This document shows positions 23,801 to 33,724 of a DNA stretch of 64,000 nt, piece by piece. The notes beneath the pieces are model-generated. The model had not been told where the DNA came from. It saw only the letters and a list, made by a program, of their open reading frames with translations, and searched no databases. Position numbers and translations under genes: made by a program. Source of the stretch: Balanoglossus misakiensis. Taxonomy: Eukaryota > Animalia > Hemichordata. The DNA is taken from contig CM082598.2 of the NCBI GenBank assembly GCA_040954595.2, forward strand, positions 6,649,097 through 6,713,096. The letters run 5' to 3'. The first letter of the stretch is position 1. Each line of letters starts with the position of its first letter.

Positions 23801-26800
23801 AATATACAACCTGAAGTGTGCTCATTCTGATTCATCTTGAATTAAAAGTGACCACATTTATATCGATATGATATAAATTATGACTTAATGTGGTGTCACT
23901 CTTAATGTACTCTCCAAACCCACAAATAAAATTGTATTTTGTGATTTATTTATTCCAGAAACGAAACGAGTACAATGTCCTGATGAAGGAATCAGGTATG
24001 GAATGTGACATTTTAAAGTTGTTCTTTGCTGGAGATGGTGGAGTTGGTAAGACTACATTATTGGAGTCACTTCAGAGGGTATGTTAATATTTTTTTTTTG
24101 ATTTGCGTAAAAGGTCTTAGCTAGTAGGCCATATTACAATATATGAGGGTTGTTTGTGTGAAAGTTTGCAAACTGGTTAAAATGATGGGCTAGAGTAAAT
24201 TCTTAATGAAAAACCCTTACTCACTGTCCTAAAATGTGTTTTGTGAAGCAAACGATGCCTTTCATGAAAAAAACTGCATGTGAAGAAAAATTGTCGCAAC
24301 TGATTCAAAACAAACGATTGGCAGAGTAAAAGCGCAATACTTCACATGCAAAATATTTTGTGCGCCAGCGATATTAAGAAAATATTTAGACAAACATTTG
24401 TAATCTCATCGCATATAAAGAAACTGCTGTAGATCGGAATGCCACATGTGAATGTATCAATATGTGACACAGGATAATTAAAACATATGCTTGGTAGATG
24501 AAATTTTGTTGTATTTTGGAAATATGGGCTTGAATTGTGAAAGTTCATAGCATTTTTTCAAGCCTTTAAAGAGGGTGGGATTGAGATTGTATTTCATTTG
24601 TTGTTTGTGTGTTTTGATTATCCATGGCCCCTGAAAAGGGAATATTGTAGTCACACATTTTACAGCTATGATTTTGTATGTCTCAGTCATATTGGAACAA
24701 CTCTGCATGCATCTTTAGTTTAAATTAACTCTATTTAAATGTATTGTTTAAAGGGACAATGTTTCTCTGGCTGCCCTTTTTCGATTAATTATGTTTGATA
24801 CAAGACACTGTTTATGTTATTCTACATGTGGATATATAGTGAATCAACGTTTGACCACACACAATTTCCATACCACTTGTAGAGATGAGGGTGAAACACT
24901 CGCCAAATTGAACAATCAGTCTCTACCGTTTATTCATTCTGGGGAGATTTTTACTCTCATATCCTACAAACGGGATGGATGTTGTGTGTGGTCAAACGTT
25001 GATTCACTATGTAGCCACATAACAAAAATGGTGTCTTGTATCAAACATAATTAATGGAAAAAGGGCTGAGATAGAGAGACTTTGTCCCTTTAATTTAATT
25101 CCTCAGGTTAGCTAGTGCAGCTTAGACAATTTAATGAGGTCTGATGCAGAGTCACAAGCAAATATGGTTATGCACAAAGACCAGAAAACTCAAAATAACT
25201 AGAATTGGTTTTCTTTCACTCCCCCTTATCAAAGATTAAAGAAACAACCCTGGAATCTGAAGAACGTGAACACATTCCCACACCTGGTATTGATGTCAAA
25301 AGTGTTCATATTCCTGACGTAGGAAATGTCAGTGTTTGGGATTTTGCTGGCCAGGCTGAGTATTACGTCACTCATAACATGTTTCTGGGAGCACCCAATG
25401 CTGTCTCCATATTGGTGTTCAAAGCTACAGACGAGAATGGTAAACTCAACACCTTTGAACGTGTGTTCCCACAGGTAAGAATCTTCACAGTAAAGTTAGA
25501 CTGTATATCTGTATGTTTTGCATTGTTTATCACTTATCAAAATTTATCTGCAGGAATGGAAAATATAGCTGTTTGAGTAAATTTATTCCATGTGCAACAC
25601 TATCTCAGTCACCATTCATGGCTTTTTGATAGAGTTGCAGATATTTCTATAATTAGTCTCCTGCAGAACCAACATGCCATTGTTGTTCAATAATTATTTC
25701 ACACCGTGTATCTGATAGCTCCATATATTACCTGAATCATGAGAAATCTCATATTGAGATTCAATTCATGATCTATTTGACTCATTGTCACAGTTGGCGA
25801 CTGATACTGTTTCTTTCTGTAAAAATGAGATTGTACATAAAGGCTGGTGGCCTAAAGTACTGAATAAAGCTTATTATTATAATTCATGATCTATTTGACT
25901 CAAAATTAATATTTATCACAAATATTCTCATTTGTAGATTTTGTTTTGGTTGCGGTTTCTGAAAGGAACAACCCACATGGACAGGTATTCATTTGATAAG
26001 TCAGGTGAAGGCTATGATAAACCAGTGGTGATGTTGGTTGCAAGTCGAGCTGATAGGTTAAAGAGAATCGATATGGCTCTAGGTTAGTGTTGTCAGCTTT
26101 TTCATATACACTGTCTCAAACGATATCTCTCATTTGTTTGTATGTATGTATGTATGTGTGTGTGTTTGTGACAGTGTGTGTGTATGTATGTATGGATGTA
26201 TACATGCATGCATGTATGTACGTACATACATGCGTGTGTGTTTGTATGCATGTATGTTTGTTTGTGTCATCTCACCATGCTGTCAGAAACTGAATACTTA
26301 CCTTGAGTAGAACGTAGTTAGTTGATTCACAAATGAAAGTTTGAAAATATTCGTAAAAACATTTAACCCTTTCACCACCATGATTCAGTCCAAACCAATT
26401 GTTTTCTATGGTAAGGTTGGACCTCTAAAGAGGGAACTGGGGGTGAAAGGGTTAATGACTATTTTATGCCCAATTGACAGAAAGGTTGTGGCTTAGTTTC
26501 TGCATATGGAGTTATCTGGCAATTAATATTATCATCTCTTTATAATTTACAGCTAATCATTTGCTGAAGGACGTTCTGACAGAAGCACAGAAAATGTTTC
26601 AAGATTATTTGGACATAGTGAATGCCATATTTTTGGTGAATTGCCGTGATTCTACAGACAGTGAAATGAAGAAACTCCGTGACTGTTTATATCAGAAAAA
26701 GGTAAAAAAAATTCTCTGTAGTCATTTGCCTCTTAATTGTTAAGTTTTATCAGCTCAAATACACTATAGCACTGCAGTATTGGTGTACAACTACAAGATT

Positions 26801-29800
26801 CATGAAGAATATATTTCTGAATGTGTAAAACATAACATCCTCATCATGTTGTACAAGTATTAGTTGATATCAGAATTTCTGGCAAAAGTAAAATTTTCAG
26901 TAATTACAAATAAAAATAATGTTGGTTGGAATGCATTGTTATTATAATTATGTAAAAACCCAGTCAAATGGTTGTGAGATGCTTTGTACAAAATTATCAA
27001 TTATGAAAATGTTGAAACAAGATAGGTCTGTTCAACTGAAAACCAGATATTGTATTTAAAGCAAATGCCAACTTGTGAAAACAATAATTGATTTGCCACG
27101 ATACTTCTTTGGTTCCCTGCCCCCATGTATACTACAGATATTTTCGACATAAATTCTCATTGGATAAATACAATTATATGCTTCATTTTTTTGTTAGGTC
27201 CCATTGGTATTAAACCATGGGACCTTATGGGATCGGTTGCGTCTGTATGTATAGATGGATGGATGTATGGATGGATGGATGGGAGTATGGATGTATGGAT
27301 GGATGTAAGTCTGTATGTCCGTCCATATCAAGAACTTGAAAACCGCTGCGTGTATCACCTTGATATTTGGTGTGAAGATGCAGGCTGGGCTGTAGATGGG
27401 AGTTTGTTCAAATGAAGGTGTCATCGCCAAAAAATATGCAAATTAGCAGGAAAAATGTGAATTTGGTCAAAACTCAGTAACTCAAGAAGTACTGGTCAGA
27501 TTGCTTTGCAAAGTGGTGTGTATTTACTTTATTGAGTTGTTTTAATTAGGCAGGAAGTTCCTGGTGTGATAGATTTACACAGCAAATTCCTGAATGATTA
27601 CATAACTGGCTAAGTTTTAAAGAGGCCAGCTGTTCTATTTAGTGTATGTACAGTACATATGCCATTAGCAGCTTATGGGCCAGTCAGTGCTTGCCCATTT
27701 ATCTCTTGCTATGTGTGTGTGTCTGTCTGTCTGTATATGGCCATGAACGCCGGTGTAGTCTCGGTTACCCAGACCCCCCTGCTTCTTCCGTTGGGCACTC
27801 CAGAAAGAGGGTCTGGGGAAACCCCATAGACAAATCTCCGGGCAAAGATGGCCGACTCGGGACAAAAGCGATGCATGATGGTCAACATTTATGACATACG
27901 ATATTATGATATGACGATATTAGAAAACTATTTACCAAACTTCTCTTTCTCTTTTCAATTTGTAGACAGTTTCAGCAGGTCTAGCACGTCTCAGCATGTA
28001 TTTTTAATGTTCGAGTCTGCAACCATCATGCATCGCTTCTGTCCCGAGTCGGCCATCTTTGCCCGGAGATTTGTCTATGGGGTTTCCCCAGACCCTCTTT
28101 CTGGAGTGCCCAACGGAAGCAGGGGGGTCTGGGTAACCGAGACTAACGCCAGTGTAGACTTTTTTGTGTGTAATAACTCAATGGGACCGCCGTGTCCTTG
28201 ACGCGATTTTTTCAAATACGAGATTTGCAGGGCCGGTCGTGGTTTTATTTAATATTTCTTTTTTTGTGACACAGTCCCTAAATTGACTGAATATTAATGT
28301 TTGGCTACTTCCAATTATTTCATGTTATCACTTTATTTTTAATCGTAGAAAGTGAAAATGCTTCCAAGCGTGTGTGCCAAGATAATGGAAAAGAAGAGGG
28401 AATTATATGATGACTTCCCAGCTCTTTACTGGACAGAATATGTGACAAGAATCAAAGAAATATACCCCACGATTGACAAAAGTTTCTTACAAAAAGCCAC
28501 CAACTATCTGCATGACATAGGAGAGGTCAGTAACAAGAAACAACACGTTGCTCATCCATTCTCTTATAGTATAAGTTCTAGAATGAGTGTATGTGATATA
28601 TCAAACTTGACAAATTGAAATGATCAGCATTTAATTCAGTTGATGTGTAAAAGAGTTACAGATTGTTCTATGCATAACAATTTCTCGTGTTACTTTTCTT
28701 GTTTACAGCTTTTGTTTGTGAAGCAGTCATCTCCAGAAAGAAAAGATGTCGTGGTATTGGATCCAAACTGGTTGTGTTACAGGATGTTTGGACCAATGTT
28801 GGCTACCCCTTTATTTGCACAATTCAGTTCCAGGTTCAAGAGAGATTGTTTTCAGTCAATGGACAAGATAGAAGATGTACTTGGTGAAGGTGTAAACAGC
28901 GAACTCATCGTCGACCTTCTAGAAGATTTTGAGCTTCTCTGTCAAGCACATGATATCACAGAGACTGGAGAGAAACTTTTCGTCATACCAGGGCTTCAAG
29001 ACGACGATATGCCTGAAGGTCAATGGGAAGTGAGTCGAACGAAGACCACCTACCTTGGAAGACGTTTTGAATGCCACGATGAAACAGATTCCTTCACAGC
29101 AGGCTTTTTCCCAAGATTACAGACCCGTCTATATAAGCATTTCACAGAGCTTGGCCGTCGGCCCAGTGGCTTATGGAAAAATGGTATCAAAGTGTGCCAT
29201 GATGTTGAAGGTCTTGTCGTTATGACCAATGGCAGAAGGGCAGTCAATGTATGCATACGAGTTGAAGACAAGAAGTCGATTGGTAAGGGTTACAAGCTTC
29301 TTGAGATGGTTTCCAAAGACATACAGGATGTCTTCTCTATCGCATGTCCAGGCAACAGGATGAATCAGCTTATCCTGAGTGCAGATTCTCTTGCAAACCA
29401 CAGCAACATGGAAAAAGTAGAGTTTTACACTCTTGATGACATGCTACGTGCAGAAGACACTGGGAAGAAAGTGTACAACACAAAAGTTGGTAAAGAAGAA
29501 GATGTTTGTGACCTGCTTTGTCAAGGTCATGACACAACGATCTTACGAAAGAAGTGGAAACGCTGTGATATCAAATGGATGCTTGAAGATACCAGACACA
29601 AAGTGACCATGAGAATGGACATCGAGCGTGGAGACCCTTCTTTGCACTATGCCAGCATGGCCGAATGGATGGGCATAAAATACACGGATGTGCGGACATT
29701 TGAAGAACAAGCTCGTCGCACTGGCCGACCAGTTACAGACTATATCTTCGAAGAGTGGTGTCGCAGATGGATGCAACAACATCAAAGTGGAAAAGCCACA

Positions 29801-30082
29801 ACTACAGCTGCAGGTGCCAGAGCCATGTCACATGACATAGATGCCACCAAAGGTCGTATGGCAAAAATGTCACTGTCGTCAACATCGTCACCCCCGCAAG
29901 ATTCAAGTGAAGAAGCGAAGGCTCAGAAAACAGCAAGACAGAAGTATCCACGTGTAGAGGGACCCCTCTACGAAAGCAACTTTGAGAATCTGTTGGCAAT
30001 TTTCAAGACCATGGGAAGAGACGACATGGTAACATTGATTGAAGAAATGTTTGCAGACATTGCGAAAACACAAACGAAATGA
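3403..30082 (+). CDS. Ankyrin repeat - ROC - COR - death domain protein (DAPK1-like ROCO), 5'-partial; 16 exons in window: 3403-3501, 3672-3770, 3941-4039, 8204-8302, 14410-14508, 14850-14948, 19143-19244, 19392-19490, 22799-22912, 23697-23765, 23959-24078, 25235-25474, 25938-26082, 26553-26701, 28349-28525, 28709-30082
   Basis: All exons have AG/GT boundaries and compatible phases; joined they give 3183 nt (1060 aa plus TGA) with no internal stop. Motifs: ANK TPLH repeats; G1 GDGGVGKT, G2 PTPGI, G3 WDFAGQ, G4-like ASRAD; COR (YLHDIGE, VVLDPNWLC, GFFPRLQTRL, LWKNG); C-terminal death-domain-like helices. No start codon in the window. Confidence 0.9.
3672..3770 (+). CDS. Ankyrin cassette exon A2 (NGDTPLHYAAGDGDEGRVRLLLDHEADVTVQNK)
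   Basis: 99 nt, phase 0/0, same splice flanks. Confidence 0.9.
3941..4039 (+). CDS. Ankyrin cassette exon A3 (identical to A2)
   Basis: 99 nt, 269 bp downstream of A2, identical exon sequence. Confidence 0.9.
4177..4421. mobile_element. One-ended transposon fragment (GGCTGC.. after TAA) occupying the place of an ankyrin exon; copies at 15090-15333 and 19633-19876
   Basis: Starts inside the conserved acceptor flank (ctcctcc..cattaa|GGCTGC) and ends at the conserved donor-side flank (ataccaacctgacttctgcag). Confidence 0.7.
8204..8302 (+). CDS. Ankyrin cassette exon A4 (DGDTPLHYAARDGDEGRVRLLLEHKADVTIQNK)
   Basis: 99 nt, phase 0/0, conserved flanks. Confidence 0.9.
10658..11208 (+). mobile_element. 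HINE/DINE-like (Helentron-associated) non-autonomous element
   Basis: Begins ttttTAGCTC, has a GTCC-type microsatellite and a duplicated internal core, ends GAGCTctatcggacgctaggtcgcttgTT; absent from the paralogous sites at ~7420 and ~18295. Confidence 0.65.
11332..13850 (+). repeat. Intronic tandem satellite, 157-bp unit x16
   Basis: The tttgatc landmark recurs at 11353, 11510, 11667 ... 13711; single monomers at ~7546-7703 and ~18414-18573. Confidence 0.95.
14410..14508 (+). CDS. Ankyrin cassette exon A5 (VGDTPLHHAARVGDEGRVRLLLEHEADVTIQNK)
   Basis: 99 nt, phase 0/0, conserved flanks. Confidence 0.9.
14548..14681. mobile_element. Half of a TAGTCT-terminated MITE abutting an orphan ankyrin donor-side flank
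   Basis: cctgacccctt..gtagcgc..ggggcagggtaccagacta resembles the right TIR of the MITE at 61317-61703; followed by aataccaacctaatttctgcag. Confidence 0.65.
14850..14948 (+). CDS. Ankyrin cassette exon A6 (NGDTPLHGAARDGYEGRVRLLLEHEADVTIQNK)
   Basis: 99 nt, phase 0/0, conserved flanks. Confidence 0.9.
19143..19244 (+). CDS. Ankyrin cassette exon A7 (HGNTPLHYAAECFRGEGRVRLLLEHKADVTIQNK)
   Basis: 102 nt (one-codon insertion after helix 1), phase 0/0. Confidence 0.9.
19392..19490 (+). CDS. Ankyrin cassette exon A8 (DGDTPLHYAARDSGEGCVRLLLEHEADVTIQNK)
   Basis: 99 nt, phase 0/0, conserved flanks. Confidence 0.9.
20760..20818. repeat. (CA)n microsatellite
   Basis: About 29 CA units, versus about 6 in the paralogs at ~5298 and ~16158. 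Confidence 0.95.
21247..21918. mobile_element. Non-autonomous element with short internal inverted repeats plus a long terminal hairpin (possibly Crypton-type)
   Basis: tattatacacc (21248) / ggtgtacaata (21761) inverted pair, then a ~146-bp hairpin at 21771-21916; absent from paralogous sites ~5730 and ~16590. Confidence 0.65.
22799..22912 (+). CDS. Divergent ankyrin exon A9 (DGNTVLHMAAMGRPSWKDYGKVVKLLLQYGADIDCKNK)
   Basis: 114 nt, phase 0/0, tttgatAG|...AAG|GTac. Confidence 0.88.
23697..23765 (+). CDS. C-terminal capping ankyrin half-repeat exon (TGKTPLDVAENESSKEVLSDYIQ)
   Basis: 69 nt, aatAAG acceptor, CAG|GTGAGT donor; GKTPLDVA cap motif. Confidence 0.85.
23959..24078 (+). CDS. ROC exon with P-loop (KLFFAGDGGVGKTTLLESL)
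   Basis: 120 nt, phase 0/0, G1 motif. Confidence 0.92.
24752..25089. mobile_element. TTAA-flanked MITE (Kolobok-like); partial relatives at ~6177-6302, 9329-9555, 17060-17183, 56999-57310, 63285-63535
   Basis: TTAA|AGGGACAA...TTGTCCCT|TTAA with long imperfect TIRs. Confidence 0.75.
25235..25474 (+). CDS. ROC exon with G2/G3 (PTPGIDV...VWDFAGQAEYYVTHNMFL)
   Basis: 240 nt, phase 0/0; ROC-typical WDFAGQxEYYxTH. Confidence 0.92.
25785..25880 (+). mobile_element. Severely 5'-truncated LINE 3' end with 22-bp TSD
   Basis: Perfect direct repeat aattcatgatctatttgactca (25763-25784, 25881-25902); insert ends ggctggtggcc..AATAAAgc(tta)n, like the LINE tail at ~33725-33765. Confidence 0.8.
25938..26082 (+). 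CDS. ROC exon (ILFWLRFLK...PVVMLVASRADRL)
   Basis: 145 nt, phase 0/1; WL..L and G4-like VASRAD. Confidence 0.87.
26367..26451. mobile_element. 85-bp TTAA-flanked mini-MITE (piggyBac-like CCC termini); copies at 56434-56517 and ~59444-59528
   Basis: TTAA|CCCTTTCACC...GGTGAAAGGG|TTAA. Confidence 0.8.
26553..26701 (+). CDS. ROC C-terminal exon (..FLVNCRDSTDSEMKKLRDCL..)
   Basis: 149 nt, phase 1/0; G5-region NCR. Confidence 0.85.
27756..28145. mobile_element. MITE with ~125-bp TIRs and 9-bp TSD (Mutator-like)
   Basis: TAGTCTCGGTTACCCAGACCCCC.. / ..GGGGGTCTGGGTAACCGAGACTA; TSD acgccggtg / acgccagtg (one mismatch). Confidence 0.85.
28349..28525 (+). CDS. COR-A exon (LPSVCAKI...ATNYLHDIGE)
   Basis: 177 nt, phase 0/0; COR motif YLHDIGE. 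Confidence 0.88.
28709..30082 (+). CDS. Terminal exon: COR plus death domain
   Basis: 1374 nt open; VVLDPNWLC, FPRLQTRL, LWKNG; death-domain-like YASMAEWMGI..PVTDYIFEEW..FENLLAIFKTMGRDD; TGA at 30080-30082. Confidence 0.92.
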   Translation, partial: LLFVKQSSPERKDVVVLDPNWLCYRMFGPMLATPLFAQFSSRFKRDCFQSMDKIEDVLGEGVNSELIVDLLEDFELLCQAHDITETGEKLFVIPGLQDDDMPEGQWEVSRTKTTYLGRRFECHDETDSFTAGFFPRLQTRLYKHFTELGRRPSGLWKNGIKVCHDVEGLVVMTNGRRAVNVCIRVEDKKSIGKGYKLLEMVSKDIQDVFSIACPGNRMNQLILSADSLANHSNMEKVEFYTLDDMLRAEDTGKKVYNTKVGKEEDVCDLLCQGHDTTILRKKWKRCDIKWMLEDTRHKVTMRMDIERGDPSLHYASMAEWMGIKYTDVRTFEEQARRTGRPVTDYIFEEWCRRWMQQHQSGKATTTAAGARAMSHDIDATKGRMAKMSLSSTSSPPQDSSEEAKAQKTARQKYPRVEGPLYESNFENLLAIFKTMGRDDMVTLIEEMFADIAKTQTK

Positions 30083-30190
30083 ACAGATAACATCATGGGC
30101 ATAACAAGTATTTATTTTGTTATGTAAATTTGCCACCATTATAATTTCTGGGGCAAACACTGGTGTTTAATCTGTCCTCGTCTCGGTATG

Positions 30191-30665
30191 CCTATGGACA
30201 TATCACATGGACATGACTGCAAAATGGACACAGGTCATTTATGAAGTCAATGTGAACAACTTTACTTGAAGTCAGTACATTGTAAACAGAATACCAGAGT
30301 TTTAATATTTTGTCTGATCATAATATGTCTATAGACACATCACGTACATGGACATGAATGCAAGAATTGACACAGATCATTGATGAAGTCAATGTGAACA
30401 ACTTCACTTGAAGTCAAAACATTGTAAATAGAATACCAGAGTTGTAATTATTTGTCTGATCACAATGTGTCTATAGACACATAACGTACATGGACACAAA
30501 TGCAAGAATGGACACAGATCATTTATGACGTCAATGTGAACAACTTTACTTGAAGTCAGTACATTGTAAAAAGAATACCAGAGTTGTAATAATTTACCTG
30601 ATCACAATGTGTCTATAGACACATCACGTACATGGACATGAATGCAAGAATGGACACAGATCATT
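30191..30665 (+). repeat. 142-bp tandem repeat x~3.3 in the presumed 3' UTR of the ROCO gene
   Basis: ga(a/c)gtcaatgtgaacaac recurs at 30243, 30385, 30527. Confidence 0.9.
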
Positions 30666-31748
30666 CATAAAGACGATATCTTGTCAAACGAGAAAAAAAT
30701 CTACTTAGCAAGTTCATATTGCGGTATGGTTTTGTCCATTTAATTAAGCTTCCTTTATTTGCAAAATATCTACTCAGAAATTTCATAAGCACAATAGCTT
30801 ATCCCGGAACTATATTCAGTTTTTTGGAGTTGATTGTCAGGTTATTAATTTTGCAGATTTTCATGAGAGATTTCTTTGAATTAAGTACTTGCCACAAATA
30901 TTAGTATTCATTTCTATTTTTCATGTTAACCAGAAAATTGCTAATGTGGAAGACTGGTATTGTTTTCCAAGGCATTTTGTTATCCAGTACACATACATTT
31001 TTTGTTTTCTTTTATCAAATAATGTATGATTGATGCTCTTAGGATGAAGATATTATTAAAGCTTGCCATGCTGAAATATTCATTTTATGTCTCTTGTAAA
31101 CATTCCTTCGCCCAGTAGTCCATTGGACAAATTCATGGAAAATTTCAAAATACATTTTTGACATCAAAAAATCATAACTCATATTTGAGATTTTAAAGAT
31201 TTTTTTTTTATTTCACGGCGAACTGCCCAGAGAGGCAAATGTAAAATATTGAATTTCTTTGACAGAAATCATAACATTATGATATAAATATATCTGGAGT
31301 GACCCTCAATTTATGATTTCTGAGATGAGTATACCTTAAGAAGTTTCTTCGGCAATGCATTGAGAAAAAAAGGTAGGACTGGCAATAGAAAAAAATGCTG
31401 TAAACAAACAGTGGGGGAAAATAACTGGGTCACATACACTTAGGACCTGCCAAGTGGTGTATGCCCCTTTTGTAAGTCTAGCGCCCTCACACAGCCATTA
31501 TGAATTTAAACTCAAAGCGCGGCCAATGAGGAAACACCTGTGGCGCTTTCTTACTACAATTTTCAGAATACTAGCAACAAACGCCAAACTAGCAACACCG
31601 TATTTCTTTGCTGGGACCGACACGTTATCTCTAAAATTGTAACAACGTCACAATTTAGTAGACAAAGAGGCGCCCCCCCCCAATCCCAATTGCGCAGTTG
31701 AGAGAGACGTGTCGACTCGAACTCGGACGACGAAAGTTGTTTAGCATG

Positions 31749-32510
31749 TCTGGGCCCCTAATTAATAATCGTATCTGGGCCCCTAATTAATAATCGTATC
31801 TGGGCCCATAATTAATAATCGTACCTGGGCCCCTAATTAATAACCGTATCTGGGCCCCTAATTAATAACCGTATCTGGGCCCGTAATTAATAACCGTATC
31901 TGGGCCCGTAATTAATAACCGTATCTGGGCCCCTAATTAATAACCGTATCTGGGCCCCTAATTAATAACCGTATCTGGGCCCCTAATTAATAACCGTCTC
32001 TGGGCCCCTAATTAATAACCGTCTCTGGACCCCTAATTAATAACCGTCTCTGGGCCCCTAATTAATAACCGTATTTGGGCCCCTAATTAATAATAGTATC
32101 TAGGCCCCTAATTAATAACCGTATCTGGGCCCCTAATTAATAACCGTATCTGGGCCCCTTATTAATAACCGTATCTGGGCCCCTAATTAATAACCGTCTC
32201 TGGGCCCCTAATTAATAACCGTCTCTGGACCCCTAATTAATAACCGTCTCTGGGCCCCTAATTAATAACCGTATTTGGGCCCCTAATTAATAATAGTATC
32301 TAGGCCCCTAATTAATAACCGTATCTGGGCCCCTAATTAATAACCGTATCTGGGCCCCTTATTAATAACCGTATCTGGGCCCCTAATTAATAACCGTATC
32401 TGGGCCCCTAATTAATAACCGTATCTGGGCCCCTAATTAATAACCGTATCTGGGCCCCTAATTAATAACCGTATTTGGGCCCCTAATTAATAATCTTATC
32501 TGGACCCCTT
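31749..32510. repeat. 25-bp minisatellite (TCTGGGCCCCTAATTAATAACCGTA) x~30
   Basis: Exact 25-bp period; the pattern of variants repeats at 200 bp. Confidence 0.96.
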
Positions 32511-33724
32511 AACATATTTTCTCTTCCTCAGACAGCTGTTGTATACACTGGCCATCCCAAATACGTTTCTACGGTACTACCCACTTTTTGAAGTTTTGGT
32601 AAAGAGGGCTGATGTCAGTTTGATACTGAGACACGCGCTTTGCCATTATATACAGGCAAGAAATTGGCAGAGCTGGACGAAATCCCGTCCCTTCTTCAAC
32701 CATCGTCAACCATCAACCAACACCCCACCAGACCCAAACGAACGTGTTCTCCCCATTATTGGGAGACGTGATAAGGGGTTAATCCAATGAAGGAATATAC
32801 AGGCATTCGGTTCGGTAGACCATAAGGCTGAGTAGCAATTCTCTGGAGAAAGTCAATGTGGGGAACATTTAATATCACGCCGAACGCATTATTGTCCTTC
32901 GACTGAAGTGGAGTCTATTATTAATCCTCTGCGTTTATATGCCGACTGACAGAGATGATAACTATTACATTTACATGGATTACTTGTCAAAAATCAAGAA
33001 AAGAAAGAACTGGACAGCTTCCGTTGAGAATATTACGGCATATGATAAATGCTGAAACAACGCATTAAGTATTTTGTTTGTGTGTTTGGAGGGGGGGGGG
33101 TACATTTCCTGATGAATATCAATATAAAAAAAATTAAGTCTATCAAAATAAAAATTTTGTCCGTCAAAATTACAGTTGCCTCCAAAATTTCAGTTTGCTT
33201 TGGGGAAAATACAATCTCATAAATATTAAAGATATCGTCTGGAAAAATAAAAGTTTAACTTGTTTGTGGCGTGTAGTATTCTCTCTATTAGATTGTATTT
33301 TAGATTTTTGAGGAGACCACTACCTTAGGCTTGAATAGTCGACGTCTTCGCTTCATAGTTTTGACCGTCAAATCTACAAAACGAAGACTTTAGGCCTAGA
33401 GACGATCTCTTATATGCCTAATCAAAATTGTCCTTGAAACAGTGTTATTGATAAAGGTATGTTTGCCAGCTATGCCCGCTGTTCTTGGTACATTTTGTTC
33501 TTAGTGCAATTCTGGTAATTAGTTCTGAAATTCTTGTGAAATTCAAATGAGCATTTTCGGAGATAGCCGTTGAAATATTGATTCGCGTTATATAGTGCGT
33601 TACTTAATTTTCCAGTTGTATGATGTATCAAACAAGTCATACTCATAGGTCAAACTCCCCTGAAACCAACCAGGCTTCACCGGGTATATTTTCTTTAGGC
33701 CAATGTTTAGGAAAGGATTTAATC

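Noticed and set aside
26861-26888. Possible 24-nt micro-exon (LISEFLAK) between the ROC and COR exons
   Set aside because: In frame, but the acceptor lacks a pyrimidine tract and the donor is weak; it is not needed for the reading frame.
28640-28708. ORF-track N-terminal extension of the 480-aa ORF
   Set aside because: Intronic; the real acceptor is at 28708 and continues from YLHDIGE.
3403-30082. Assigning the symbol DAPK1
   Set aside because: No kinase or calmodulin-binding exon in the window and the ankyrins are recently amplified; orthology needs a phylogeny.
31749-32510. CRISPR-like appearance of the 25-bp array
   Set aside because: Repeats are head-to-tail with no unique spacers, there are no cas genes, and the context is eukaryotic.
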